Origin: Phaeosaccion multiseriatum
Taxonomy: Eukaryota; Protista; Ochrophyta, other classes
Direction: 5' to 3'
Assembly: GCA_965112735.1 (NCBI GenBank)
Contig: OZ218953.1
Location: 2,914,001 to 2,978,000 of the forward strand
Length of the DNA stretch: 64,000 nt
Shown in pieces: positions 13,043 through 23,700 of the stretch (positions within the stretch are counted from its first letter, which is position 1; every line of letters begins with the position of its first letter). Below the pieces are notes generated by a model that was not told the DNA's origin, made no database searches, and saw nothing but the letters and a program-made list of their open reading frames with translations. The position numbers and the translations under genes were made by a program.

Positions 13043-16000
13043 GTCAAGGCCGCCGGGGGGGGTCAGCATGCTTCCTGGTCAAGGAGGTTGACAGCAACGC
13101 AAATCATGCGCCAAGCACGATAAACAGGGCTTCGAGCAAAAAGGCGGCCAGCCCGGTCAAACGCTCATGCGACTTCTTGTATTATCGACTCACCTGAGCA
13201 GAGTTTCCGATGAACGAGACGCCGCTCGCACCGGAGAAAGTGGCGCGACTTCCCATGGCTGCGGCCAGGGCCCCTCCCTGGCACGTAGAAGAAAGCAAGG
13301 AACACAGCAACAGCACCAGCAGCAGCTCAATCAGAGCTACCTACGCCTCCCCCTAGTCTCACTGAACGATGAGGACAAGCTTGCTTGATCCCAAGGAAGC
13401 AAAGACGAGATCACGCTTCCCTCGCTTCGCTACGCGGATCGGAGCTGGAGCCGCGGCAGCAGGCCCACAGAGGGCTCTGGGGAAAGCTCGACACAGTTGA
13501 CTGACAAGCGTCCCGACCAGCCAACTCCTGCCTTGTTGAGTTGAGTTGAGTTGAGTTGATGGCACTTACATCTCTCTGGGCAGACCGCACGGAGCCCAGT
13601 CGCCGTCGAGAAGCAAAGCCGCACAAATAGTATGACGAGATGCCAAAGGGGGGAGAAGGGCAGCAGGTCAGAGTGTGGCGGCGGAAGGACGAGAAGCAGG
13701 GCGCACGGCAGGTCACACACGGCAGGCAGCAGGCAGGGGGGAGGCCGATGCAGGGGTGCGCATCCCTTCCTACTGCAAGGCAGGTCGACAGCACCGCAAT
13801 CAAGCCCCGGCGCGAGCGGCCAAACGGGCAGGTATGCCCGCTGCCAGGCGCTACTAAGACGAAGCGAACGTCCCCTTCGGCCAAGGCTCAATACCACCGC
13901 TACCGTTACGACTCAAGGGACGTGAGCGCACAGGAGAGGGGCCGAGCTTCCGCCCACAGCCCCGAAAGTGCGACACAGTCGTGACAGTAACGTCCGATTC
14001 TCGCCCAAGGTCAAGAGCCATCAGAAGCGGTGGGCACGAAAGCTCATGCGACTTCATAAAATCGACTCACCTCAGCAGAGTTTCCTGAGAAAGTGACGCT
14101 CCCACCGGAGAAGGAGGTGGTGGCGCTACTGAGTAACTGCATGGCCCCGCCGCCCTGTCATACGGCAGAAGGAAAAACAGCAGCAGCCAGCTCAATCAGT
14201 ACACCTTCCCCTGTGTTCGATAAGGCCAAGCTTGGTCCCAGGAAAGCGAGAGCACCCTCCCGAGATTGTTCAGGATGGCTTGGCACAGTTGAGTGAGCCA
14301 GGCAGGGCACTAAGTCTTGTCTGCCTAGGGGTTATGGCACATACAAGCTGGGCACAGATCACCGCAGCCCAGGAGGCACCGTGGGAGAAAACACCACAAG
14401 TACAACGAGGCACAGCCAAAGGGGCGAGAAATGCAGGCCAGGTCAGGGTGCGGCGGCGGGAAGGACGAGAAGCAGGGGGCACGCACGAAGATGAAGCGAA
14501 CGTCCCCTCCAGCTCAAGGCTCAGTACCAGCCACCGCTACCGTTACGACTCCAGGAGGGACGTGAGCACACACGGATAGAAGCCAAGCTTTCCACAGCAC
14601 CGAAAGTGCGTCGTGACAGTAACGTCCGATTCACAAACGTCAAACAAGAGCCATCTGAAGGCAGCCCAAAAGCTCCCTACTATGACTCACCCCGGCAGAG
14701 TTTTCCGAGAATTCGACTTCCCCCCCCGAGAAGGTGGCGTTACTTGATCCCAGATGAACGGCTCCTCCCTCTCCCTGTCACGTAGAAGAAAGACAGGAAC
14801 ATTGCAGAAGCTCGACCAATTACCTTCCTCGCAGAGTCTCATTTCTCAGAACGGTTCAGCGCCATCATATTGGGCACAGGACAGACGAGTGAATGGTGCT
14901 AGAATGGGGGGGGTGGGTGGAGTCAGCAGCATTTCAATCCAGGTACCTGCACCCAAACCGGGAAAGGGAGGGTCAGTGAGGTCAGCACGCTTCCTTCGCT
15001 CAGCTACACGGATCGGAGCCGCGGCACTATAAAGGGCTCTCTCTGGGCAGGGCTTGGCACAGTTGACTGAGAGAGGGAACTCTTCCTTCCTAAGGGGTTA
15101 TGGCACTTACAGAAGTCTGGGCAGACCGCACGCAGCCCAATCACAGCGGAGAAAGCAGCACAAGTACGTCGAGAAGCAGAAGGGGTGAGATGGCAAGGCG
15201 GAGTGCGCCGGCAAGGCCGAGAAGCAGGGCACACGGCAGGTCACACGGCAGGCAGGGGCAGGCATATGTAAAAGGCCGCTCGCTACGGACTTGCATCCCT
15301 TCCCTACTGCAAGTCTCGGCAACAACGCAATCAAGCCCCGAGCGGTACGAATACGCTCCGATTTCTGAACGTCAAAGAGCCACATCTGAAGCGCTGCGCA
15401 CGAAAGCTCACGGGACTTCTTGCTATCGACTCACCCCTGCAGAGTTTAAAGAGAAAGAGACGTTCCCATCGGAGAAGCTGGCGCTGCTCAGTGACAAAGC
15501 CACGGCCCCGCCCTGTTCATGTGACAGAGAGACACAGCAGCAGCCAGAGCAATGAGTACGCCTTCCTCTTACCGGCCGTAGCCTCATTTGTAAAATGGCA
15601 AGTTAAACATCATCTGGCAAGCGCCAAGCGGCAAGCCCTTCCCCCCAGGAACGAGAGCCGGCTCCAAGATTGGCCAGGATGGGAAAGAGAGGTCAAGCAA
15701 CTGTGAGGTCGCCCTTCTTGGTCCACGGATCAGAGCCGCGGCGCCACAAAGCGCTCTGGGCAAGGCTTGGCACAGTTGACTGAGCCAGGGCACTAAGTCT
15801 TGTCTGCCTAGAGGGGGGTTATGGCACTTACATCTTCCTGGGCAGAGATCACCGCAGCCCAGCAGCCCAGGCACGCACCGTGGGAGAAAACACCACAAGT
15901 ACGACGAGGCACAGCCAAAGGGGCGAGCAAGGCAGGCCAGATCAGGGTGCGGCGGCGGGAAGGACGAAAAGCAGGGGGCACACGGCAGGTCACACGGCAG

Positions 16001-19000
16001 GCAGCAGGCAGAGGTAAGGCCGCGGCAGGGTTCTTCGTACTACTGCAAGTCAAGGTCGGAACAGCGCAATCGCGCCCCGAGCGGCCAAAGGTGCAGGCGG
16101 CACGAAGAAAGGAACGTCCGATTCTCAACAAGATCAAGAGCCATCTGAAGCGCTGCGCACGAAAACTCATGATACTTGTTGGTATCGACTCACCGTAGCA
16201 ACGTTTCGTGAGAATGTGACGCTCTCACCGGAGAAGGTGGGACCACCACTAGTATGCCCTGCATAGATTGCCCCCCCCTGTCATACGGCAGATGGAAAAA
16301 CAGCAGCAGCCAGCTCAATCAATACACCCCCCCCTGTGTTGCATTTCATGGCGCGATCGTAACCGTCATCGATAAGTGGGGCAAGCTTGGCCCCAGGAAA
16401 GGCGAGGGCGCCCTCCCGAGATTGTTCAGGTTGGCAGGGGGGGGGCGGGGTAGAGGCAGTCAGGAGGCAGCATCGCAATCATGATCCTTGGCCTCAGTGA
16501 AGAGGGTGGTCAGTATTGAGGCAAGCACGCTTCTCTCCCTGAGCGAGCTAGTAGCCTGCACCTATGGAGCCGCGGCACCACAAAGGGCGGGCGCTTGCTG
16601 TGGAAAGCTTGTCCCCAATTGACAGAGCAAAAGCACCTGTAGCCATAGCTAAACTTCCGATTGGGGTGATGGCACTTACACGCTGCCGCAGACCGTGTTC
16701 AACAGACCGCACGCAGCCGGAGCGAACCGCGGAAGTACGGGGCGAGAAGCCAAAGGGGCAGGAATGGCAGGTCAGAGGCGAGTGCGGTGACGGAAAGAAC
16801 GAGCAGCAGGGCACATGGCTTGTCACACGCCAGACAGGCAGGCAGACAGAGCAAGGCCGCGGAGGGGGTCAGCATTCCTTCCTCCTCACCCGAGCACTAT
16901 GAACAGCTCTTCCGCGGATTGGTCATCCCCAGAGCTTTGAATGGTCACAGCCACAACGGCGGCCAAAAGAGGCAGGCATTCAAAGCCAGCCCAAGTCAAG
17001 TCATATGCAAAGCCAAGCAAGGAACACATGTGGAGACACGCCAATATTTGCACATCACCGAGCGAGAGTGCACAACAGTCGTTCTCTCTCTCCTTCAACT
17101 TCGTGGTATCGACTCACCGTTGCAGAGTTTCCAATAAAGATGCTGCTCTCACCAGAGAAGGTGGCGGTACTCTCGTCAGCTAGAAAAACGGCCCCGCCCT
17201 GTCACATGGAGAAGAGGAAACACGACAATTAGGAGGAGGAGAAGCTATAAACCATCGATAAGGGCAACCTTGCCATTGTGGCAGGCCCTTCCTTGGTCCC
17301 AGGGAAAAAGATGGCACACTTCCCTCGCTTCGCTGGCTACACGGATCGGATAGGAGTACAGAGGGCCCTGGGCAAGGTTTGGCCCAGTTGATTGAGCAAG
17401 GGAAACGATTGACTCCTGGGCACTTACATTGACTTGCTGGACAGTCCACACCGCACGCAGCCCAGCCAGGCACCGTGGAGAGAGCAGCAGAGTAAGATGA
17501 AAGACGGCCAGGGCGGTGTGAGTGAGAGGTCATAGTGCGGCGGTGGCAAGTGCAAGGACGAGCGAGAGGCACGGCACAGGGCACGCCACACTGTACAGAG
17601 TCAGACAGGTCAAGGCGGCGGGGGGCAGTCCAGCATCCCCTTCGTACCCAAGGGGGGAACGCAATCTATCGCCGAGCACGATGGACAGCGCTTCCATGCG
17701 CATTGGCCATCCCCACAGCTTCCAATGGTCTCCGAAAGGTGGCGAAGGAAGGACATGCAGAGGGTTGTTGCCGAACCAACACCAACACCGTATCGTACCC
17801 GCTACGAGCCAAGGAGAACGTGCCTGCACATGGGAGGCGGCGGCCAAGCGTGCGTCGCACAGACACCAACGAAGTGGTCGACAATCGCGACACAATACTC
17901 CGATTCTCAACAGTCAACAGCGATCGGAAGAGAGCTCATGCAACTTCTTACTCACAGCAGCGTTTCCTGAGAACCGGACGTCGCCTGAGAATGCGATGCT
18001 GCTGTCCGCGATTACAGAGATGGCCCCGCCCTGTCATGATATGGTGGGAGCAAACAGAGCAGAAGGTCTGTCAAGTTAACCATCAGCCATGAATGGACAA
18101 TCTGCAAGTTGCTTGGGCCAGGAAAGACGAGAGCAGCCATGCTTCCCTCGCTGAACCATAGGAGCATTCATTACTTACACTCTGGGCAGACCGCACGCAG
18201 CCCCGTAGACGCCCCAGTCGCCGTGGAGAACGTGGCAAAGGTACGACGAGAGCCAAGCAAAGGAGAGCCAAAGGGGCGAAAAGGGAGGCCAGGTCAGAGG
18301 GCGGCGGCGGAAGGACGAGAAGCAGGACACATTGGGAAGCTCACATGGCCGGCAGGCATGCAGCCAAGCAGGCAGGGACGCAGACAGGCAGGCAGGAGGC
18401 AGAGGTCAGCTACGTCAAGGCCGCGGCAGGGGTGAGCACCCGCCCGCCCCCCTTCCTGCCTTAAGGTCAGCGGCAAGGCAATGCTCAGCGTGAACTCACC
18501 CCTGCCCGATTTCCGGAGAAGAGCACATCGCCGGAGACAGTCACTGAACCACCTTGGGATATGCCTATCGCTCCTCCCATCTGCCACGTTGGAATCGACC
18601 AATTGGACAAATCAGCAGGACAGAAAAGAGAAAAAGAGGCAGAGCAGCACCCGGCCGCACGATTCACCGCCACCCCCCCCCCCCCCCCACTTACGTTGAA
18701 CTCGTTGGTTGCAAAGTGCAGCGTGTGCCCACCGTCATTTTCGATAATGAGTTCTGCACCGTCTCCCTCTACGTAAAACCTTAACCTCTCTAGGGTGACG
18801 TTGGCGGTGACGGAGAGGCGGAGGGTGGTTCTTGACAGCACAGTCACGGTCGACTGCTCGTTGCAGGTCATAGATCCGCTCAAAAAGAAGGCCACGTCCA
18901 CACCATCGTCCACCACAGAGTCGCAAGAGAGCTCCTCCTGCGCCATCGCCCCACCCACGAGGAGCGCAATTGCCAGAGCCATCCATGTCAGGAAGGAAAG

Positions 19001-19009
19001 ACCCATCAT
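9785..19009 (-). CDS. Type-I membrane adhesin-like protein: signal peptide, nine Pmp-type (GGAI...FxxN) repeats, Pro/Thr-rich stalk, two Cys-rich modules, TM helix, short tail
   Basis: Exons in minus-strand order: 19009-18695 (MMGLSFLTWMALAIALLVGGAMAQ...), 18580-18500, 18030-17956, 17198-17118, 16277-16194, 15512-15435, 14774-14691, 14154-14071, 13277-13194, 12360-12280, 11453-11144, 10874-10734, 10567-10418/10424, 10128-9785, plus nine micro-exons. All are AG/GT bounded with compatible phases and no stops. TM segment: LAYLVLGVLAVVPAYFAGL. Confidence 0.85.
10365..10971 (-). repeat. Near-identical tandem duplication (~307-316 bp unit) of a phase-1/phase-1 exon encoding a six-Cys module, with its flanking intron
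   Basis: Copies at 10365-10665 and 10681-10971; both encode GTTNTRCGSSFSDANTNCYPDCTSEDSSACGDTGTLCFADLDVSSC. Confidence 0.92.
11647..11655 (-). other. Predicted 9-nt micro-exon 9 (TCTGATGAT, Ser-Asp-Asp)
   Basis: Minus strand reads gcggtctgctcAG|tctgatgat|GTaagtgccatgacccc. Confidence 0.8.
11821..12072. repeat. Imperfect (CAGG)n microsatellite, intronic
   Basis: Directly visible; a second (CAGG)n tract lies at 12921-13041 at the homologous position of the next unit. Confidence 0.95.
12765..12770 (-). other. Predicted 6-nt micro-exon 8 (ACTGAT, Thr-Asp)
   Basis: Minus strand reads gcggcctgcccAG|actgat|GTaagtcccatgacccc. Confidence 0.8.
13570..13575 (-). other. Predicted 6-nt micro-exon 7 (AGAGAT, Arg-Asp)
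   Basis: Minus strand reads gcggtctgcccAG|agagat|GTaagtgccat. Confidence 0.8.
14345..14347 (-). other. Predicted 3-nt micro-exon 6 (CTT, Leu)
   Basis: Minus strand reads atctgtgcccAG|ctt|GTatgtgccataacccc. Confidence 0.75.
15111..15116 (-). other. Predicted 6-nt micro-exon 5 (ACTTCT, Thr-Ser)
   Basis: Minus strand reads gcggtctgcccAG|acttct|GTaagtgccataacccc. Confidence 0.8.
15832..15837 (-). other. Predicted 6-nt micro-exon 4 (GAAGAT, Glu-Asp)
   Basis: Minus strand reads atctctgcccAG|gaagat|GTaagtgccataacccc. Confidence 0.8.
16680..16682 (-). other. Predicted 3-nt micro-exon 3 (CGT, Arg)
   Basis: Minus strand reads ggtctgcggcAG|cgt|GTaagtgccat. Confidence 0.75.
17428..17436 (-). other. 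Predicted 9-nt micro-exon 2 (CAAGTCAAT, Gln-Val-Asn)
   Basis: Minus strand reads ggactgtccAG|caagtcaat|GTaagtgcc; it follows the shortest (75 nt) repeat exon. Confidence 0.75.
18179..18181 (-). other. Predicted 3-nt micro-exon 1 (AGT, Ser)
   Basis: Minus strand reads gcggtctgcccAG|agt|GTaagt. Confidence 0.75.
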
Positions 19010-19189
19010 GTCAAAAGAAAGGAAAGACCCAAAAATCTCGTCAGTCATTAATTCCCCTTGAAGGGGAACTAAGGTCAAAATAAAAAATAAAAAGGAGAAG
19101 TCCAGTGCCCAGCCAGTGCTCAGTGTTTGGGTACTGGCTGTTCCTCGCTCGTCAAGTGAACCCGTCTTCCACAGGAAGGAGAGGGGAGA

Positions 19190-19292
19190 GAACCCGTCGC
19201 TTCTCGCTTGGTTGACGCATGCACCAGCTGAGACGATAATGTCCATGGCATCTACTCGACCAAGCTCGGCCGCCACGGCCATCGCGGTCCAT
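19190..19292 (-). pseudogene. Inverted single ankyrin-repeat fragment
   Basis: Minus strand encodes WTAMAVAAELGRVDAMDIIVSAGACVNQARSDGFSPL; 37/42 nt match to 19486-19527 on the opposite strand. Confidence 0.7.
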
Positions 19293-20396
19293 CTTTCATA
19301 TATCGGCCACACTCGAGTGGTGCAGCAGCTCCTCTCGTTAGGGGCAAAGGTAGCTAGACATACATACGGGGATGGCTGCAGGCAGGAGAAATCAAAGCGA
19401 CGGTAGAGGAACTGGTCTGTCTGAAGGGCAAAGCAAGCCTAGACGAGCCGTTGCCCGATGTGGGATGGACGGCAATGACTACGTATGGTCGAGCAGACGC
19501 CATCGACATTCTCGTCTCAGCCGGTGCGAGCACTGAGGAAGAGGATGAGCAGGGGCTCACTCCACTCTTGGCTGGTCGCATCGATGGATGGCATGCATCG
19601 ACAGTGCACAAGCTTCTGACGCAGCGGTAGTGGACCTGCTTCTCTCCGCCGGTGCCCGAGTGGACGTGACGAATGGCGCTGGTTGGACTCCTCTCCACAC
19701 CGCCGCTGGAAGAGGAGGTCTCGATGAAGTGGTGGGGCTACTCCTCCGAGCTGGTGCGGAGTTAGACTGTGGCGAGGGCAGCGATGCGTACACCCCACTT
19801 CACATTGCTGCGCACAGCCAAAGGGCACGGGGCAGTGGTGGCCCGTCTCCTCGCCGCAGCCTCGCCATGTGATGCCCCGGCCACGAGTGGCACCACCCCT
19901 CTGCTTGCGGCCATCATTGGAGGCTGTCCTGGGATCGCCTTGCAGCTTCTCTCGGCTGGAGCATCGGTGGACACTGCCCTGATTTGTCCACAACAGCAAC
20001 TTTGCTTAGGCCGCGAGGTCGGAGGGCGCCTCCTCGCCGCGGCAGCGGAGTTCTTCGCATCGCAGACTGATGTGGCTGGACCTCATGCGCGCCGCAGATG
20101 ACCCCGCTTTTGACACGCAGAGAGGGTACTGCGGTAGAGCGGTGTACAGCCCGAGACTGTGCTGGCGATGGCCTCGGAAATGGGCGGAGCAACCACTCGT
20201 CGTCCTGTTCCTTGCCAAGTGGGGTCGCTCCACACGAAGGTTGCGGAGTTGGTGGGCGTACGACGAGGACGGGCGACCGCTCTCTCCCCGCGCCATGACA
20301 TTGTTCGCCTCGCACTTGCGGAGAAGCACCACCCAGCTCAACGCTCTGTTGGTCTGTTGGAGGACGATTGGTCTGTGGGGGGGAGGGAGCGAGTGA
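19285..20396 (+). pseudogene. Intronless, frameshifted ankyrin-repeat gene remnant
   Basis: Ankyrin motifs fall in different frames: HLSYIGHTRVVQQLLSLGAKV; GWTAMTTYGRADAIDILVSAGA..GLTPL; GWTPLHTAAGRGGLDEVVGLLLRAGA..YTPLHIAA; KGHGAVVARLLAAA..GTTPLLAAIIGG. No convincing splice sites bridge the shifts. Confidence 0.7.
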
Positions 20397-20798
20397 GCCA
20401 CGCTCAGTTGCAGTTTCAGTTTGCAGCTATCAGTGGCTTGCCCGGAAGGAGCCGACCCGCTGATCGAGTTATGCGCCTGTCATTGACTTCAAGGAATCAC
20501 CTAAGGAATCACCCCCTAACAGCTGTCTGTGTGTGGGGGGGGGACTTTATGTGTGGGGGGGTGTTTTCAGGCACACCAATTCATCGATTTATCATTCGGT
20601 CATACTTTCCGTGACTTACTGGACCGACCCGTTAAAAATCTTTGTTTGCTTTGTGCGTCGAGGAGGTGCCTCTGGAGAGGACCGCTTGCCTGTGTGCGGG
20701 ATGTTTCCGTGGATGTGGGGCGGGGGGTGGGGTGGGCTCTTCCTGATGAGGACTGTTTGCGTATGTGCTTGAGGATTGATTAATTTTTTGTAGAGGGC

Positions 20799-23700
20799 AT
20801 GGTCTTCACCAAGCCGAGAGCAGCATGGTGCGGCTGCTTCTCCTTTATCCTGCTCGGGGCCATGCTCGAAGGAGCAACACGAGCAATGGCTAGCGACTTG
20901 CAGTGGATTGGCGCTTCTTTTGGAAACTGGAGCGAGCCGAGCAACTGGGAGCCTGCTCAGGTAGGAGGCATGGTCCACCTCCAGCACCCTCCCCCATCCT
21001 CTTCCTCTCACACCCCTCTTCTGCCCCTTCACGCGAACTTCTCCTCTCCATAGCTGCCAGGAGCAGTCGACACGGCCAATGTCACCACCAATGCCAACAC
21101 CACTGTTGTCCTACCCGGCGAGGCGACTGCCATTGCCGGTCTGGTCTTGGACGCAGGCACCCTCTCCTTCCCCTCTTCGTCCTCCTCGTTGTCCGTCTCC
21201 ACTTCCCTATCATGGACGGGGGGAACTTTAGCTGGGCCTGAGGGATCGACACTGACCGTGTCTTCCGGCGCGGTGGGTGTCATCAAGGGAAGTACAGACA
21301 AGGCTTTGGAGGGGGGGGTAAAGCTGGAGGTGGAGGAAGCAGCAGAGGTCTACTGGCATGGGGGCAACATCATACAGAGCGGAGGAGCGACAGTCCTTCT
21401 TTCGGGAGGGACACTGAACTGCAGTACAGCAGGAGAAGAAGAAGAAGAAGAAGAAGACCAGGAGGAAGGGCAAGGCTCCTCCCTCACCCTCGGCCCCTCC
21501 GCGGCGCACTACTCCTTCACCTCCAGCGCCAACAGCGTGCTCAACGACGAAGTGGACCTCGAGTTCGCTCTTACCCCCTCCACTACCTGGGGTCAGGAAC
21601 AAGGCGCCGCCGTGCTCGACCTGCTCATTGCGGGGGGGCTTCGGGCCCAGCACCTGGACTCTGACGGTCCAGTGTTTGCGCTGACCGTGTCCAAGGACGA
21701 GCAGGCCAGCGCCTTCTACGGTCGTGTAGGATACTCGAACGCGGGGGATGCAGACATGTATTACGGCAACGCGACGCTGTCGGCGAGGTGAGGACAGGGA
21801 TAGCGGGGAAAGACAAAGGAGGACGAGGCGCCTCGTTGGTTCTCCCTTGATGGTTGGTTGATCCCATCTCTCGGCTGGAAAGGGTGTTCATGAGGGTTTT
21901 CTCCTGCCAACGTCTTCTGACTGTGAGTCCCTCTCACCTTCTCTCTCCCCTCCCCCACCAGAGGTAGCTCCGAAGACTGCGCACAACTCTGCCTCAGCAC
22001 TGCCTCCTGCCAGGGCTTCGATCACTCCCTCGCTCTGGGGCTGTGCCTCTTCAGCAGTCGAAGCAGCAGCAGCGTAGGGGGGCTCAGTGCCTCCACCCTC
22101 TTTGACCACTACGAAAGGAGGAACAGCGAAGGTGGAAGCTGGGACTCCTCCTCCGATAGGGCCGACTCCAATTCGCTCAACATCACCCGGGGGGGCGTCT
22201 TCGCCGTCGGAGCGCAGGCGAATGTAACGGTCGACTCCTTCCTCTGGATGGCACCACACGGTGCCGTGGCTGTGGAGGCAGGAAACCTGACGCTCCAAGG
22301 GGGTGCGTACGTGGCCGAGGCAGGGGCCATCACGCTGTCGCAGGGGGGCGCACTCACCGTCAGCACCGGGGTGAGCAGCAGCATCAGCGGCAGCAGCAGC
22401 AGCAGTAGCGACAGCAGCAACAGCAGCAGCAGCACGGGGAACGTGGACATGCATTGGAACGCGTCTCTGGCGGGGGACGGACAGCTCGTCTTCAAGGGGG
22501 AGGGCGCTGCCCGGGGCGAGCATCAGCTGCCATCTACGGTCTCGTCTACTGGGGCTGTCACAGATGGCAGCAGCCTGGCAGTGGAGCTGGAGGGCCTGGT
22601 GACCGTGTCTGTGGCCCTCTCTGAGAAGAGCAGTGTCCTTGGGGGCAGCGCGGCCCTCGAGCTGGGGAGTCTCACGCTCAGTGGGCAGAGTGTGCTCTCA
22701 TTCGCATCCCCCAACACTTCCTCCGACAGCGGCCTCACACTCGACCCGGGAGGAGGAGGAGGAGGAGGAGGAGGAGGAGGAGCAACAGCAGCAGCGCAGG
22801 GGGTTGCCTCCCTGACGCTAACGTCGTCGCTTGTCCTCGAGGGGTCAAGTCGGCTGAAGGCTTCACTTCTCTCCGTCCGGGCCCCGGCCGTCTCCATCGG
22901 CCCCTCTGCCGCCATTGACGTCAGCGGTCGGGGATTGGCCGCTCAGACAGGGCCGGGGAAGGGAAGCTATGGCGCCTCAGGGGGCTCGGGAGGGGGGCAC
23001 GGGGGGATGGGAGGCGATGCCGCGGGAGCTACCGGCGAGGAAGGGGGGGTAGGGGGCAGCTATGGGAGTATCACCAGGCCGCTGTCAGCCGGGAGTGGGG
23101 GGGGGCATTCCGAACTCGGCTCCGGGGGGGCTGGAGGGGGTGCTGTGTACATTGAAGTTAGCGGCTTTCCTGAGGAGGGAGAGGAGGAGGAGGAGGAGGA
23201 GGAGGGTGTGATTCGGCTCGATGGAGGGCTGTGGGCCAACGGAGGGGCGGGCGAGGGGGACGGAGGAGGGGGCGCAGGAGGCGCGGTGTTGCTTAACGTC
23301 AGTCGAGTCACTGGGGGGGGGAGCATCGCGGCCTTGGGGGGGGAGGGGGGCTACCCCGGGGGCTGGCTCTCCGGCGGCGGGGGGGGCGGGGGACGCGTGG
23401 CAGTGATACAGAGGAACAGCAGCAGCAGCAGCAGCAGTTGGTCATACAGCAGCAGCAGCAGCAGCAGTAGCGATGGAAGCATCGCCAGTTGTGACTGCGG
23501 CTTGTCGGATTTCAACGGGTCCGTTTCGCTGGTGGGAGGCGGGCAGACGAGCACGGCCCTACACTCGAGTCCCGTGTATGCCGCCTCGGGCACGCTCTTT
23601 GTGGAGGACGGAGGGCAGGACGGACAGCAGGGGCTCCTGATCGTCAGCAACGCCGGGGTGGAGGACGAGAGAAGCCCCTTCGCGGACACGGTGCTGCCAA

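Larger units (their letters stand above)
11454..18580 (-). repeat. Tandem array of nine diverged exon+intron units (550-920 bp), each with one repeat exon and one micro-exon
   Basis: Recurring plus-strand motifs in the same order in most units: ATCGACTCAC (donor), GCCCCGCCCTG (acceptor), GGCACTTAC..CTGGGCAGACCGCACGCAGCC (micro-exon), GGCGGGAAGGACGAG, GGCAGGTCACAC. Confidence 0.9.

Noticed and set aside
11500-18480. Many 60-190 aa ORFs on both strands, and the idea that the region is a transposon cluster
   Set aside because: The ORFs are translations of GC-rich introns and (CAGG)n tracts with no transposase or RT motifs; the periodicity is explained by the exon cassette array.
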